Below are positions 37,388-49,870 of a stretch of DNA of 64,000 nt, piece by piece. The notes beneath the pieces are model-generated. The model made no database searches, was not told the origin of the DNA, and was given only the letters and a program-made list of their open reading frames with translations. Origin of the DNA: Octopus sinensis (taxonomy: Eukaryota); contig NC_043014.1 in assembly GCF_006345805.1 (NCBI RefSeq), positions 49,724,001 through 49,788,000 on the forward strand, written 5' to 3'. Made by a program: the position numbers and the translations under genes. Each line of letters opens with the position of its first letter. The stretch's first letter is position 1.

Positions 37388-37609
37388 CCCTTTCGTTTCT
37401 GTATTTATTTTGAGATGCTCTGTGTTTTATTTCAATTACCTTAAATATAACAAAGAATTGAGTAAAATAACTCAGTTATCATTCAGCTAGTGTTAAGAAC
37501 ATAAATTGTGACCAAGGTTTGGTGGGAGATTTTAATTCAGAACTTTTGAAAAGAAGGCATTTGTACTACAGATCCAGAGGAGGTTTCAGCCGGGTTGTTA
37601 TCAAAAGGG
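37388..37609. mobile_element. piggyBac-like MITE
   Basis: TTAA at 37384-37387 and 37610-37613. It is homologous to 4860-5081. Confidence 0.85.
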
Positions 37610-38055
37610 TTAAAGCTTGACAGAATGCACAGGAACAGGTCTTTTGTTGTAGAGGGGATAGATACACAGCAGCCTTGCATTATATAAGGATCAAGAGAGA
37701 TTGGAAAGGAGATGAAAATGGTGGGGGTGAGTTGTCAGTGTATCTCCAAGGTATAAGTAGGGTGAATGGAAGAGAGAGTGGAGACAGAAAACGAGAAAGG
37801 TGGGGCCTAGGCCAATTACATTGTTTCTCTGCTGTTCTGTGTGCTGTCTTTTTTGCTTCTTTCCAGTTGGGTCCCTACTTTCTCAGCTCAGCCTCAGAAT
37901 CCTCCCCAACTGTTTCTAGGGTGTGAGGGCCAAATATGTAATGCAGGATGCTTGCTTCCTTTCAAACCTTACTGTTCTACATCATACGCTTCCCCGAAGG
38001 AAGGCCTTCCTTTCCCAGGTCTTGTTAGTTTTGAATCATCATCAATGCTTCTATA

Positions 38056-38371
38056 TGGAGGCGCAATGGCCTCGTGGTTAGGGCAGCGGACTCGTGGTTG
38101 GAGGGTCGCGATTTCAATTCCCAGACCAGGCGTTACGTGTGTTTTTTGAGGGAAAACACCTAAAAGCTCCACGAGGCTCCGGCAGGGGGGGGTGGCGACC
38201 CCTGTTGTACTCTTTCGCCACAACTTTCTCTCACTCTCTCTTCCTGTTTCTTGAGTAACAGTGTGATGGACTGGCGTCCCGTCCAGCTGGGGGGAACACA
38301 TACGCCACAGAAACCGGGAAACAGGGCCCACGAGCCTGGCTAGGCTTGAAAAGGGGGACATTCATCATTTT
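38056..38371 (+). mobile_element. tRNA-derived SINE, family D
   Basis: A/B boxes are present, with a 15-bp TSD atcaatgcttctata at 38041-38055 and 38372-38386. Confidence 0.85.
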
Positions 38372-39771
38372 ATCAATGCTTCTATAACTTAGCTTTCTCC
38401 TAGGCAGGAACGTTGGCCTTATGCAAACCTATTTTTACCTCTGAAAAGAGGTGATCCCTATTAGTCTGGACTCTGCTTGACCTCTCCAGTATGGGAGGCT
38501 CTACCAGAAGCTTGCTTTCCGCTGGCATAGCTCTCAGGGTCACTCTGAGACGCACAAGCTACAACACTGCAACAGGCTGAGAGGTTCTTCCTGGACATTT
38601 GAGAAAATCTATTTTCTGTGTATTCTTAATGTTTATTACTCATGCCCACATGCCACATACAAAGTCTGCTATCTCTGTTAACCTCTGCATGATTCCACGC
38701 CACTCCTTGTGTGTCCATATTTAAACTGGGTGCACCATATGGAATTTCTTTCCACTCTTTTCTACACACACACATATCTATTGCATGTGTGTGTGTGTGT
38801 GTTATGTATGAAAAAGTTTAACAATAAACTGAATGAACACTCAATACATTCCAGCAGAGCTTAAGGAAAGGGTTAGCAATGACTGAGGTTTTGGCTTACC
38901 AGCCATCATTGCACTATCACCTAGACCATCTGAGGGCTGCTGGTAAGTTATACCCAGGGGCCTTAAGTAACACAAAGTTTCCCTCTTGATTTTTGGATCT
39001 GGAATTCGCAAAATAGGAAGGGCATCCAGCCATAGAAACACTGCCAGATCAGACTGGGCCTGGCGCAGCCTTCTGGCTTCCCAGACCCCAGTTGAACCAT
39101 CCAACCCATGCTAGCATGGAAAACGGATGTTAAAACGATGATGATGATGATGAATACCAGAGAAATACTGGGGTCATTCTATCTGAATCCAGCCCTCCAT
39201 ACTGGCTCCTTGTGCTTAAATTAGAAATTATTCTACTTTGTTATACTCAACACAGCAATTGACTCAGTGCTGTTGTACTCAGTGCTATTAAACTATTAAA
39301 CTCAGCACTGCTATTTTACTCAACATTGATATTAAACTCAGCACTGATATCATACACTCAACATGTTATATGCAACAGTTATTACTCAGTGCCAGTATTG
39401 TGCTCAGCAATACTATTATATTCACTCAATATTGCTATTGTGCTCAACACTGCAAATTTCTCAACATTGTCATTATACTCAGCAGTAGTGTTGGACTCAG
39501 CACTACTATTTCCCTCAAGACTGAGTCTTTACATTTGACATTCTTAGTGATAAAATCTATGACTTTTTTAAGGAGCAAACTTCATAAGGACCACATTGTG
39601 TTTGATTTAACAAGGGAGTTTCTGTGTTGTTCAGCTTGCTCAAAATAAGTTAAATCTCCCTCAAATTACATAGTCTACTGTCTTGAAAAGAAGGGCACTT
39701 TCTATGGTGTAGGCTAGTGATGCTCGGCCTGGGGGTCTATATGGCCCTGAAGGATCCATATAAGATTTTAG

Positions 39772-40183
39772 GGATCTTTTCAGTTTGAACAGCAGTTTTT
39801 TCTAGCGGTGTCATATGAAAATTGTCACCCATAATTATGACCCTAGTATCGATCTATTGTATTTCAATCTATTTTAGGGTTAGGGGTGGGGGGAAGGGTA
39901 TCTTTTTTTCTTCAGAAATGTAAATAAACCCAATCTGTTTCTTAAACGAGGGACATATTCATACGGCACAGAATGTTTTCACCTCAATAGACGTCACTGA
40001 TTGGTTGAAATTGCAGAAATTGAAGAAGAAAAACAACAAATATCTTACAAACTGTAGAATTTTCTCAATAAAGCCAAGAGAAAAAGATGTTTTATAAACA
40101 CATTCTACCAGTATATGAAGTTTAAAAGGGTTTAGTTACGTGGAGATTATTTTAAAAAACTGCCGTTCAAACCGAAAAGATTT
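39772..40183. mobile_element. MITE with about 30-bp TIRs starting GG and an 8-bp TSD (Merlin-like)
   Basis: ggatctttttcagtttgaacagcagttttt / aaaaactgccgttcaaaccgaaaagat, with TSD gattttag on both sides. Confidence 0.75.
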
Positions 40184-40651
40184 GATTTTAGAAAAATTTA
40201 TGTACAATAAATTGTTTATATTTCTACAATACAAAAACCATCTTAATTTTTCTTATGCAATTTCCTAATAGCATTTAATTATATAAATACATTGGGATGT
40301 TTTTAAACATTGGAAGCATCAAATGACTATGAGGGGCCACCTGAGTAAACCAGGATTCAAAGGGGTCCATCATCATCATCATCATCGTTAAAAATCCACT
40401 TTCCATACTGGCATGGGTTGGACGATTTTGACTGAGGGCTGGCGAACCAGACGGCCGTACCAGGCTCCAATCTTGATCTGGCAGAGTTTCTACAGCTGGA
40501 TGCCCTTCCTAATGCCAACCACTCTGAGAGTGTAGTGGGTGCTTTTTACATGCCACCCCCATAGGTAAAAAAATGGTCAAGAACCACTGATGTAGACCAA
40601 GATAAGATAGACAAAGGAAAGACTTTATTACTACTACAGCTCCTTCTAGAA

Positions 40652-40838
40652 TGGGTTCCCAACCAGTGGTCCCCAATATCCTGTCGGGGGTGGAGGTCAT
40701 GTAGCCTTGCTACAAGTGACTTGGGTTAATATTCAACTCATCAATTACATTTTCTATGCTCTGTGGATAGTAGGGCGTCGTGTGGGTTTCAAGCTTTTGG
40801 GTAAGGGGTTGCTTGTGCAAAAACTTCGGGAACCGCTG
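40652..40838. mobile_element. hAT (Charlie-like) MITE
   Basis: cagtggtccccaa / ttcgggaaccgctg ends. The 8-bp TSD ttctagaa (40644-40651 and 40839-40846) matches the NTCTAGAN Charlie target. Confidence 0.7.
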
Positions 40839-41411
40839 TTCTAGAAATAATAGCTATATGTCCTCAAATACACACTGCTGTCTGAAAGTATGAAGATCAC
40901 TTTGGAAAATGTAATATTTGTTATTTCGAAAAGACAGAATGGTCATGGCTGGCAAGACCTTTGTTCTTAGGCCTGTTTGATTGCAGCCAATCTGTGGGCT
41001 AAACAAGTGCTTTGTTTTTTTGTCTTTCTTTTCTGCTGGAGTGAGAGAGAGAGAGAGAGAGATCTTGTTTTAGACTGGCCATGCTGGAGCACCGCCCGGA
41101 ATTTTTAGTTGAATGAATCAACCCCAGTAGTTCTTTTTAAAAGCCTGGTACTTACTTTTTTGGTCTCTTTTGCCGAACTGCTAGGATATGGGGATGCAAG
41201 CACACCAACACTGTTTGTCAACACCTACACACACACACACACACACACACAAACATATACGACGGGCTTCTTTCAGTTTCCATCTACCAAGTTCACTCAC
41301 AAAGCTTTGGTTGGCCCAGGATATAGTAGAAGACACTTGCCCAAGGTGCTACACAGTGGGACCATGTGGTTGGGAAGCAAGCTTCTTACCACACAGCTGC
41401 TCCTATGTATA

Positions 41412-41443
<32 letters not shown>

Positions 41444-42479
41444 ATATATATATATTCTTCTCTTTTATTCTTTTATTTGTTTCAGTCATTTGACTGTGGT
41501 CTTGCTGGAGCACCGCCTTTAGTTGAACAAATCGACCCCAGGACTTATTCTTTTGTAAGCCTAGTCCTTATTCTATCGGTCTTTTTTGCCGAACAGTTAA
41601 GTTACAGGGATGTAAACACACCCAGCATTGGTTGTCAAGTGATGGTGGGTAGGGAGGACAGGCACAGACCCACACAAACACATACACACACACACACAAA
41701 GCCACTATTAGGCAAAAACTTAAGTTTGAATTTATTCCCTAATATTTATTATTATATATATATATATATATATAATCATCATCATCATCATCATCATCGT
41801 TTAACGTCTGTTTTCTGCGCTAGCATGGGTTGGACGGTTCGACCGGGGTCTGGGAAGCCAGGGGCTGCACCAGGCTCCAGTCTGATCTGGCAGTGTTTCT
41901 ACAGCTGGATGCCCTTCCTAACGCCAACCACATTGCGAGTGTAGTGGGTGCTTTTTACGTGCCACCTGCACAGGTGCCAGGGGGGGAGGGGGTCTGGCAT
42001 CAGCCACGATCGGTTGGTGCTTTTAACGTGCCACCGGCACGGAAGCCAGCCAGTATATATATATATATATATACATGACAGGCTTCTTTCAGTTTCCGTC
42101 TACCAAATATATGTATGTATGTATGTATGGAGAGAGAGAGAGAGAGAGTCAGAGCTGCCGATAGATATTGTAAGCGTGAACTGTGTGAACCGACATAACC
42201 TCAACTATTAGTGCCGCCGATGCCAACACCATCACCACCACCACCACCACCACACCACCACTGCCATCACTGCTAGCTGGGGTAGGCAGGCAGGCAGGCA
42301 GGCAAACAGACAGACGGGCCATAGTAGCAGCAGACAACCACCATTACTGTATTCCTCCAAGAAGAAGAGATTCTCCTTGATAGTTGTTTCAGTACCAACA
42401 TTGTTAGATTTCTTTATATTTTGTTGCCTGGTGGTCGGTGGTGGTCGTTAACCCACTTCCACCACCACCACCTTCTTCT

Positions 42480-42975
42480 TTTTTTTTCTCCTTCGTTCCT
42501 CCTCCTTCGTTCCTCTTCTTTCGCCTCCTTCGTTCCTCTTCTCTTCCTTCCTTCTTCCTCATCTCCTCCACTTCTTTTTCATTCTGCTTCCTCATTCCCC
42601 TTCATTCTTTTGAATTCTTCCACTTCTTTTCTTCTTCTTCTTTCCTCCTTCTTTCCTTTCTTCTTCTTCTTTCCTCCTTTCTTCTTTTTCTTCTTCTTTC
42701 CTCCTTTCTTCTTTTTCTTCTTCTTTCCTCCTTTCTTCTTCCCTCCTTTCCTTTCTTCTTCTTCTTCTTCTTCTTCCCTCCTTCTTTCCTTTCTTCTTCT
42801 TCTTCCCTCCTTCTTTCCTTTCTTCTCTTTCTTTCCTATTCCTTCTTCTCTTCTTTCTTTCTTTCTTTCTTCTTATTCTTCTTTCCTTTCTTCTTCTTTC
42901 TTATTCCTTCTTCTTCTCTTTCTTCTTCTTCTTCTTCTTCTTCTCTTTCTTCTTTACTTTCTTCTTCTTGGACTA
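42480..42975. repeat. (CTT)n-rich polypyrimidine tract
   Basis: Directly visible. It is the source of the spurious 189-204 aa ORFs. Confidence 0.9.
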
Positions 42976-43361
42976 CATTATCTAAGGTGTCCTTCCTTGT
43001 TGTTTAATTCTAGGTCAACCCTGATCCATGACTAATGACATTCCAGCTGTGACCATCCCATTTTTTAAAATTCAAACATAGTGTAACTAGGATTATATTA
43101 TCTAACGTGTCCTTCCTTATTGTTTTAACCTAGGTCAACCCTGATACAGCTGACCGATGACTAACGACATTCCAGCTGTGACCATCCCATCTTTTATTCA
43201 AGCATAGTGTATCTCAGACTATATTTAAGTGTTCTTCCTTGTTGTTTAGCTCTGATTCAAACCTAATCTAGTGGACCCATGATCAACAGCATTCTAACCT
43301 AAACCCTTTAATTATTTACATTATTTACATTTGACAGATATTTGTCCTCATCTTGTTTGTT

Positions 43362-43407
43362 CACACAATGTTTTGGCTGATATACTCTCCAGCCTTCATC
43401 AGGTATC
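43362..43407 (-). ncRNA. Decayed minimal hammerhead motif (left arm)
   Basis: gatac CTGATGA a ggctg-gagagtatat-cagcc AAAA ca T T gtgtg. The inferred ancestral GAAACGUU was altered at both CpGs. Confidence 0.6.
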
Positions 43408-43472
43408 TTGGGGGGAAATTTCGAACCTGGGTTCTCATTTCTAGGATATTTTTCGATGTTGTTGTTATCATA

Positions 43473-43527
<55 letters not shown>

Positions 43528-43757
43528 TCACTGCCTGGAATCAAACTCGGAATCTTGGGGTCAGTAGCCTGCTCTCTTAATCACTACGCCAATTGCCCAC
43601 GGGCATATGGCGTAGTGATTAAGAGCATGGGCTACTAACCCCAAGATCCCGAGTTCAATTCCAGGCAGTGACCTGAATAATAATAATAATAATAATATTA
43701 ATAATAATATCGAAAAATATCTTTGGAATAGGAACCCAGGTTCAAAATTTCCCCCAA

Positions 43758-43804
43758 GACACCTGATGAAGGCTGGAGGGTTTTATCAGCCAAAATGTTG
43801 TGTT
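43758..43804 (+). ncRNA. Decayed minimal hammerhead motif (right arm)
   Basis: gacac CTGATGA a ggctg-gagggttttat-cagcc AAAA tg T T gtgtt. Stem I is gacac/gtgtt. Confidence 0.6.
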
Positions 43805-44521
43805 AACAACAAACAAGATGAGGACAAATATCCATCGAATGTAAATAATGTACATAATTCCTCATCTCTTAAATACAGAACTGTACTAAACCCCTTAACA
43901 TTCAAATTTCTCCATCAAATGTTATGCTTATTTGTCCATATTGTTTTTGAATTCATCATGCGTCGTCTCATGGTTTTGAGGTTTCAATGATGTGATTGTT
44001 CATTTTTAGAATGACCTTGTATGATAGGTGTGAAAGGTTGGATCTGACCAGTTTGAACATAAAACAGGTAGAATATTTGGCCTGGATATGGCAGGTTTAA
44101 ATGCTAAAGGATTAAACGTCTTGTTTTCTTTTTAGGGGTCTAGTTTATGTAGGATTGCATTATCCATGTGTCCTTGTTTTGTTTTTGCTAAGATGTTAGG
44201 GATGTGAATTGAGAGGGAATTTAGCTGTTATTTCTAACAGGTCAACTGACCATGAAGAGCCTTCCTCATTAGTTCTCATGTAATCCTGTAGGCTGTGTGA
44301 TTTGGGTTTGATATATGACAGATTAAAGATTGATGGATGGATGGCCATCATTCATTATTCATGAATAGTGTAGAGCAGTGGTGGCAGTGGGGGTGAAGTG
44401 ATAGAACTTGATCATCTCTGTATGTGAAAGGTTGGAATGAGACAGTTAGATGCTGATGGTTTTGCACGGCTGACTGAACATCCAACCTGTTTTGGAGATG
44501 GTACTTTTTGGCATACATTTA

Positions 44522-44936
44522 GGCGCAGGAGTGGCTGTGTGGTAAGTAGCTTGCTAACCAGCCACATGGTTCCAGGTTCAGTCCCACTGCGTGGCATCTT
44601 GGGCAAGTGTCTTCTCTATAGCCCCGGGCCGACCTATGCCTTGTGAGTGGATTTGGTAGACGGAAACTGAAAGAAACCTGTCATATATATATATGTATAT
44701 ATATGTGTGTGTATGTGTTTGTGTGTCTGTGTTTGTCCCCCTAGCATTGCTTGACAACCGATGCTGGTGTGTTTACGTCCCCCGTCTCTTAGCGGTTCGG
44801 CAAAAGAGACTGATAGAATAAGTACTAAGTACTGGGCTTACAAAGAATAAGTCCCGGGGTCGAATTGCTCGACTTAAGGCGGTGCTCCAGCATGGCCGCA
44901 GTCAAATGACTGAAACAAGTAAAAGAGTAAAGAGTA
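44522..44936 (+). mobile_element. Full-length CORE-type SINE, family A (reference copy)
   Basis: ggcgcaggagtggctgtgtggtaag, ggttcagtccc, cttgggcaagtgtctt, an internal (TA)/(TG) tract and a tail ending (aaagagta)n. Confidence 0.9.
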
Positions 44937-44987
44937 CATACAGAGACACATGAGAGGGAGAGAGGTTGCAGTTTATTTATCTTTTAT

Positions 44988-45576
44988 TTGCAGCGTGGAA
45001 GGTGTTTATAAGCCATTTAAGAAATGCACAAAAACCGTTAGATTCACTTCAAAATTTTAATTTAATTTGTCAAAATATTTTTGCCGCTTTGAGACCGCGA
45101 CCTCTTCACTGCAGCACTGTTTTTAAGTGATCAAAATTAAAATGTTTCATCAAATTTTATGTAAATTTAAGTTCCAAACACCAGCTAATTAATAAGTTTA
45201 TTTTAGGAAATTCTTCGTTATTTTCAGAATTAACTAAAACAAATGTAGTGTATTTACTGAGATGTACTTGCATAGCAAGTGACTTGATCTGAGATCGTGT
45301 GCTGGAACGAAAACAATTGCAGCGTGGAAGGTGTTTATAAGTCATTTAAGAAATACACAGAAACCGTTAGATTCACTTCAACATTAAGTTTTGTCAGTGA
45401 ACAGGTCGCGGTCTCAAAGCAATGAAAATATTTTGACAAATTAAATTTAAATTTTGAAGTGAATCTAAAGGATTTTGTGTGTTTCTTAAATGGCTTATAA
45501 ACACCTTCCACGCTGCAATTGTTTTCGTTCCAGCACACGCTCCCTGATCAGGTCACTTGCTATGCAAGTACATCTC
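44988..45576. mobile_element. Element with nested inverted and direct repeats (PLE pseudo-LTR-like or foldback)
   Basis: 45259-45381 is inverted relative to 45454-45576. 44988-45111 is inverted relative to 45395-45518. Confidence 0.55.
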
Positions 45577-47567
45577 CGTAATATCTTTTATTGGTTTCAG
45601 TTATTTGGTTACAGCCATGCTGGGGCACTGCTTTGAAGAATTTTAGTCAAATAAATCAACCCCTGTATTTATTTTTTTTTTAAAGCCTGGTACTTATTTG
45701 AATGGTCTCTTTTGCTGAACTGTTAAGTTATGGGAACACCGTTCAAGCATAGCCATTGCCAGTGCTGCTCGACTGGTTTCTGTGCCTGTGGCATGTAAAA
45801 AGCACCATTCAAGTGTGGTTGTTGCAGATGCCACCTGACTGGGTCCTGTGCCGGCGGCACGTAAAACACACCATCTGAATGTGGTCATTGCCAGTACCAC
45901 CTGACTGGCCATCGTGCTGGTAGCATGTAAAAAGTACCCACTACACTCTCAGAATGGTTGGCGTTAGGAAGAGCATCCAGCTGTAGAAACTTTGCCAGAT
46001 CAGATTGGAGCCTGGTGCAGCCTTCTGGTTCGCCAGCCCTCAGTCAAACCGTCCAACCCATGCCTGTATGGAAAGTGGATGTGAAACGATGATGATGATG
46101 ATGATAAACACATCAACACCAGCTGTCAGTTGGTGTTGGGTGACACACACACACACACACACACGTTTTAGGAAGGACATCCCATCATAGAAACCATGCC
46201 AATTGGCACCTGGACAGTTCTTTAGCTGGCCAGCTCCTGTCAAACTGACCAATTGATGCCAACATGGAAAATGGATGTGAAATGATGATGGTGATGATAT
46301 ACAAATGGCTTCTTTCAGTTTCCGTGTATCAAATCCACTCACAAGGATTTGGTCGGCCCGAGGCTATATAGTAGAAGACACTTGCCCAAGGTCCCACACA
46401 ATGGGACTGAACCCAGAACCATGTGGTTGGGAAGCAGACTTTTTACCACTCAGCCATGCCATGATTGACATAAACACCAGGAGAAATGCTTAGCTGTATT
46501 TCATCTGTCTTTATGTTCTGAGTTCAAATTCCGCCGAGGTCAACTTCGCCTTTCATCCTTTCGGGGTTGATAAATTAAGTACCAGTTGCATACTGGGATC
46601 AATCTAATTGACTGCACCCCCCCCCAAACAATTTCGGGCCTTGTACCTAGAGCAGAAAAGATTATTATTAAAGTCAGGAAGCTAGTAGTGTCATTAGCAC
46701 GCTGGGCAAAATACTTACTGCCCTTTTATCAATCTGCACAATCTGAGTTCAAATTCCACCGAGGTTGGCTGTCTTTCATCCTTTGAGGGTCGATAGATTA
46801 AGTACCAGTGAAACACTAGGGTCGATGTAACTGACTAGTCCCCTCCCCTAAAATTTCAGGCCTTGCGCCTATTGTAGCTCTTTTTCTTCTTATTACTGTT
46901 ATTATTATATATCTGTAACCCCTAATGTTACTGACCACACAACCACTTGCATATACACGCAAGGACCCTTATTCTATCGTTCATGCATATACATACACAC
47001 ACCTTATAGTACACTCACTCACACACAGACACTCACTCTCTTTCCATCTCCCTCTTTCTCTCTCTCTCTCCCTCTTTCTCTCTCTCCCTCTTTCTCTCTC
47101 TCCCTCTTTCTCTCTCTCCCTCTCTCTTTCCTTCCTCCTCCCCCCTCCATTTCTTCCCCCCTTTCTATGTTTATCTGTCTTTAAAAGTGGATCCCATCCA
47201 AAAGAGACACATCATCACCATCATCGCTTAGTGTCTGCTTTCCATGCTAGCATGGGTTGGACAGTTCAACTGGGGTCTGGGAAGCCAGAAAGCTGCACCA
47301 GGCTCCAGTCTGATCTGGCAATGTTTCTACAGCTGGATGCCCTTCCTAACGCCAACCACTCCGCGAGTGTAGTGGGTGCTTTTTACATGCCACCGGCACA
47401 GGTACCAGAAGAGGCTGGCAAACGGCCACGATCGGATGGTTCTCTTACGTACCACCAGCACTGGTATCACAGCTGCAATTTCCATTGATGTTGATGGATA
47501 TGAGATTAACAGAGAGAGAGAGAGATGTTAAACACAAACCTATGCACAGGTATGGCTCTGTGGTTAA

Positions 47568-48101
47568 CCCCTCCAGTCACGGATAAAAAAGCAAAACTAT
47601 TTTTTTGAAATCTTCATTTGCAAATACTCCAAGGACACAGATATTGTGTCTAGAGCCAGCTAGAGACGAAGATCTCTTGGGGCTATAAAGCTACAGTAAC
47701 ACCCCCTCCCCAATGTGGTTAGCCATGATAAGATGGCTTCTATACTTTTCATTTTTTATTTATACCAAAATACAGGTAAATAAGAGATATTGAGCAAATT
47801 TTTAAAGAATTCAATATTCAATATGCTTAATTTTCGGCAAGGATAAATAAAAAATGTTACTAACACTAGGCAAAGAAATACCAATTTACTTACATCTGTG
47901 AGATTTCTGAGAAGATACAGGCAGCTTCTATGACTTGGAAGCAAACACTGAGTCAGAATCACATGGTCTTGGTTGTATATGCATTTTAGAGGTGTCCAAT
48001 GAATTGGTAACCGTGACTCAGCTTAATTATCATAATTTATATTTCTTTGGTAATTTATGCTGAAAAATTGTCCAGTATATTGGACAAAGTGGCTGAAGGG
48101 G
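47568..48101. mobile_element. piggyBac-like non-autonomous element
   Basis: cccctccagtcac / gtggctgaagggg ends with TTAA on both sides (47564-47567 and 48102-48105). Confidence 0.7.
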
Positions 48102-48361
48102 TTAAGAAAACCTGATTTGCAGTCACTGCCTGGTATTTTGGGGGACTTCTGCTAATAATCTTGGACTGACCAGTGTTATTATTATTAAGGTGGCGGTGAG
48201 TTGGAAGGATGGTGCATTGGACAAAATGCTTAGAAGCATTTTGTTCATCTCTACATTCAGAGTTCAAATTCCACCTAGGTCCACAGTGCCTTTCATTCTT
48301 TTGGGGTCAATAAGTGTCAACTGAGCAATGGGGTTGATGTAATTGGCTGTCCATGGCGGTG

Positions 48362-48483
48362 CCCCAGCAAAATGGCGATGCCCCAGCAAAATGGCGATGC
48401 CCCAGCAAAATGGCGATGCCCCAGCAAAATGGCGATGCCCCAGCAAAATGGCAGTGCCCCAGCAAAATGGCAGTGCCCCAGCA
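48362..48483 (+). repeat. 19-bp minisatellite, (ccccagcaaaatggcgatg)x4 then (ccccagcaaaatggcagtg)x2, derived from a SINE tail
   Basis: Units start at 48362, 48381, 48400, 48419, 48438 and 48457. They are embedded in a ggcggtgccccagcatggccacagc-type tail. Confidence 0.95.
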
Positions 48484-49729
48484 TGGCCACAGCTCGTGAG
48501 TTGAAACTAGATGAAATAAAAAAAAATGACCAATGCCTGAGGAGAGAAATTGGAGTGCAAAAATTAGGCGGAAGTTTATCCTCTGTTTGTGTATGCGATT
48601 GTGTGTGTCTATGTGTATTGCTTTCCAACCAGATGGTTTCATGTTCAATCTTAATGTGTGACACCTTGGGCAGGTGTACTCTATTTTAGCCCCAGGCCAA
48701 CCAAATCCTTGTGAGAAACTGAAGTAGGCCATTGTGTGTGTGTGTCTTGCAAGTTTACTTTGTAAACTCATGAGTGCCAGTGGCACAAAAACACACTCAG
48801 AGTACTCTGTAAAGGGGTTAGTGTTAGGAAGGGCATCCAGCTGTAGAAACCCTGCCAGAGCTGACATTGGAGCTTGATGTGGCCTTGCAGCTCCCTGGAT
48901 CCTGTCAAACCAGCTAACCCATGCTAGTACCATGCTAGCATGGACATTAAGTGATGATGATGATGATGATATATACATATGTATGAAATCGAAATCAAAC
49001 TTAGTGACTGGCATCCGTTGCTAGTGGAGCGCTAAGAGTACCATACAAGTGAGATTGTTGCCAGAGCAACAGGCTGGCCTTTGTACCAATGGCACGTTAA
49101 ACACACCATTCGAGTGTGATCATTACCGCGTCGCCTTACTAGCACTTGTGCTGGTAGCATGTGAAACATTCAAGCGAGGTCGTCACCAGTGTTGCTGGAC
49201 TGGCTCCTGTGCAGGTGGCACATAAAATGCACCATTTGGGCGTGGTCATTGCCAGTTCCACCAAACTGGCCCTTGTGCTGGTGGCACGTAAAAGCACCCA
49301 CTACATTCTCGGAGTGGTTGACATTAGGAAAGGCATCCAGCTGTAGAAACTCTGCCAGATCAAGATTGGATCCTGGTGCAGCCATCTGGTTCGCCAGCCC
49401 TCAGTCAAATCGTCCAACCCATGCTAGCATGGAAAGCGGACATTAAGTGATGATGATGATGATGCTGTATCTGTGTGTGTGTATGCTTGTGTCTCCTTGT
49501 CTTGACATTGCATGATAGCTGTAAATGAGTGTCACTGTTATACAAGCAGTGTCGTTCATTTCCAATATTCTGCAAAAAAACATGTCTGGTCATGAGGAAT
49601 TAAATATTACCTTGCTTTGGAAACAGTTGAGAGTTGGTAACAGGTAGGGGGTATCCAGCTATAGAAAATCTGACTCGGTAAACTCTGTCCAACCCATGCA
49701 GGCATGGAAAAGTGGATGTTAAAGTTCTA

Positions 49730-49870
49730 GGTGCCATTTTAGTACATGTTCTACCTGATCATTTACACTTTAGTATACAATCTAACCCTAAACCCTATTC
49801 CTGACCTTAAACCCTATCCGAATTCTTACTCTAAACCTAACCCTAATCCAGATCAGGTCATTTCACAGCA
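49730..49870. mobile_element. Short copy of the telomere-like-repeat element at 14720-15150
   Basis: acctgatc (49753-49760) and gatcaggt (49851-49858) flank about 90 bp of cctaa-rich sequence. Confidence 0.55.

Larger units (their letters stand above)
43310..43885. mobile_element. 550-bp palindromic element: back-to-back tRNA-like heads, (AAT)n linker and hammerhead tails (family 4)
   Basis: Arms 43310-43598 and 43601-43859 are symmetric about tgccc-ac-gggca. The A box tggcgtagtg and B box gagttcaattcc are on the right arm, with inverse counterparts on the left arm. Confidence 0.8.

Noticed and set aside
43601-43672. tRNA gene (anticodon ACT), and other A/B-box heads at 7163, 38056 and 44522
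   Set aside because: There is no complete acceptor stem, and the heads run directly into repeat bodies. They are SINE-type tRNA-derived heads, not tRNA genes.
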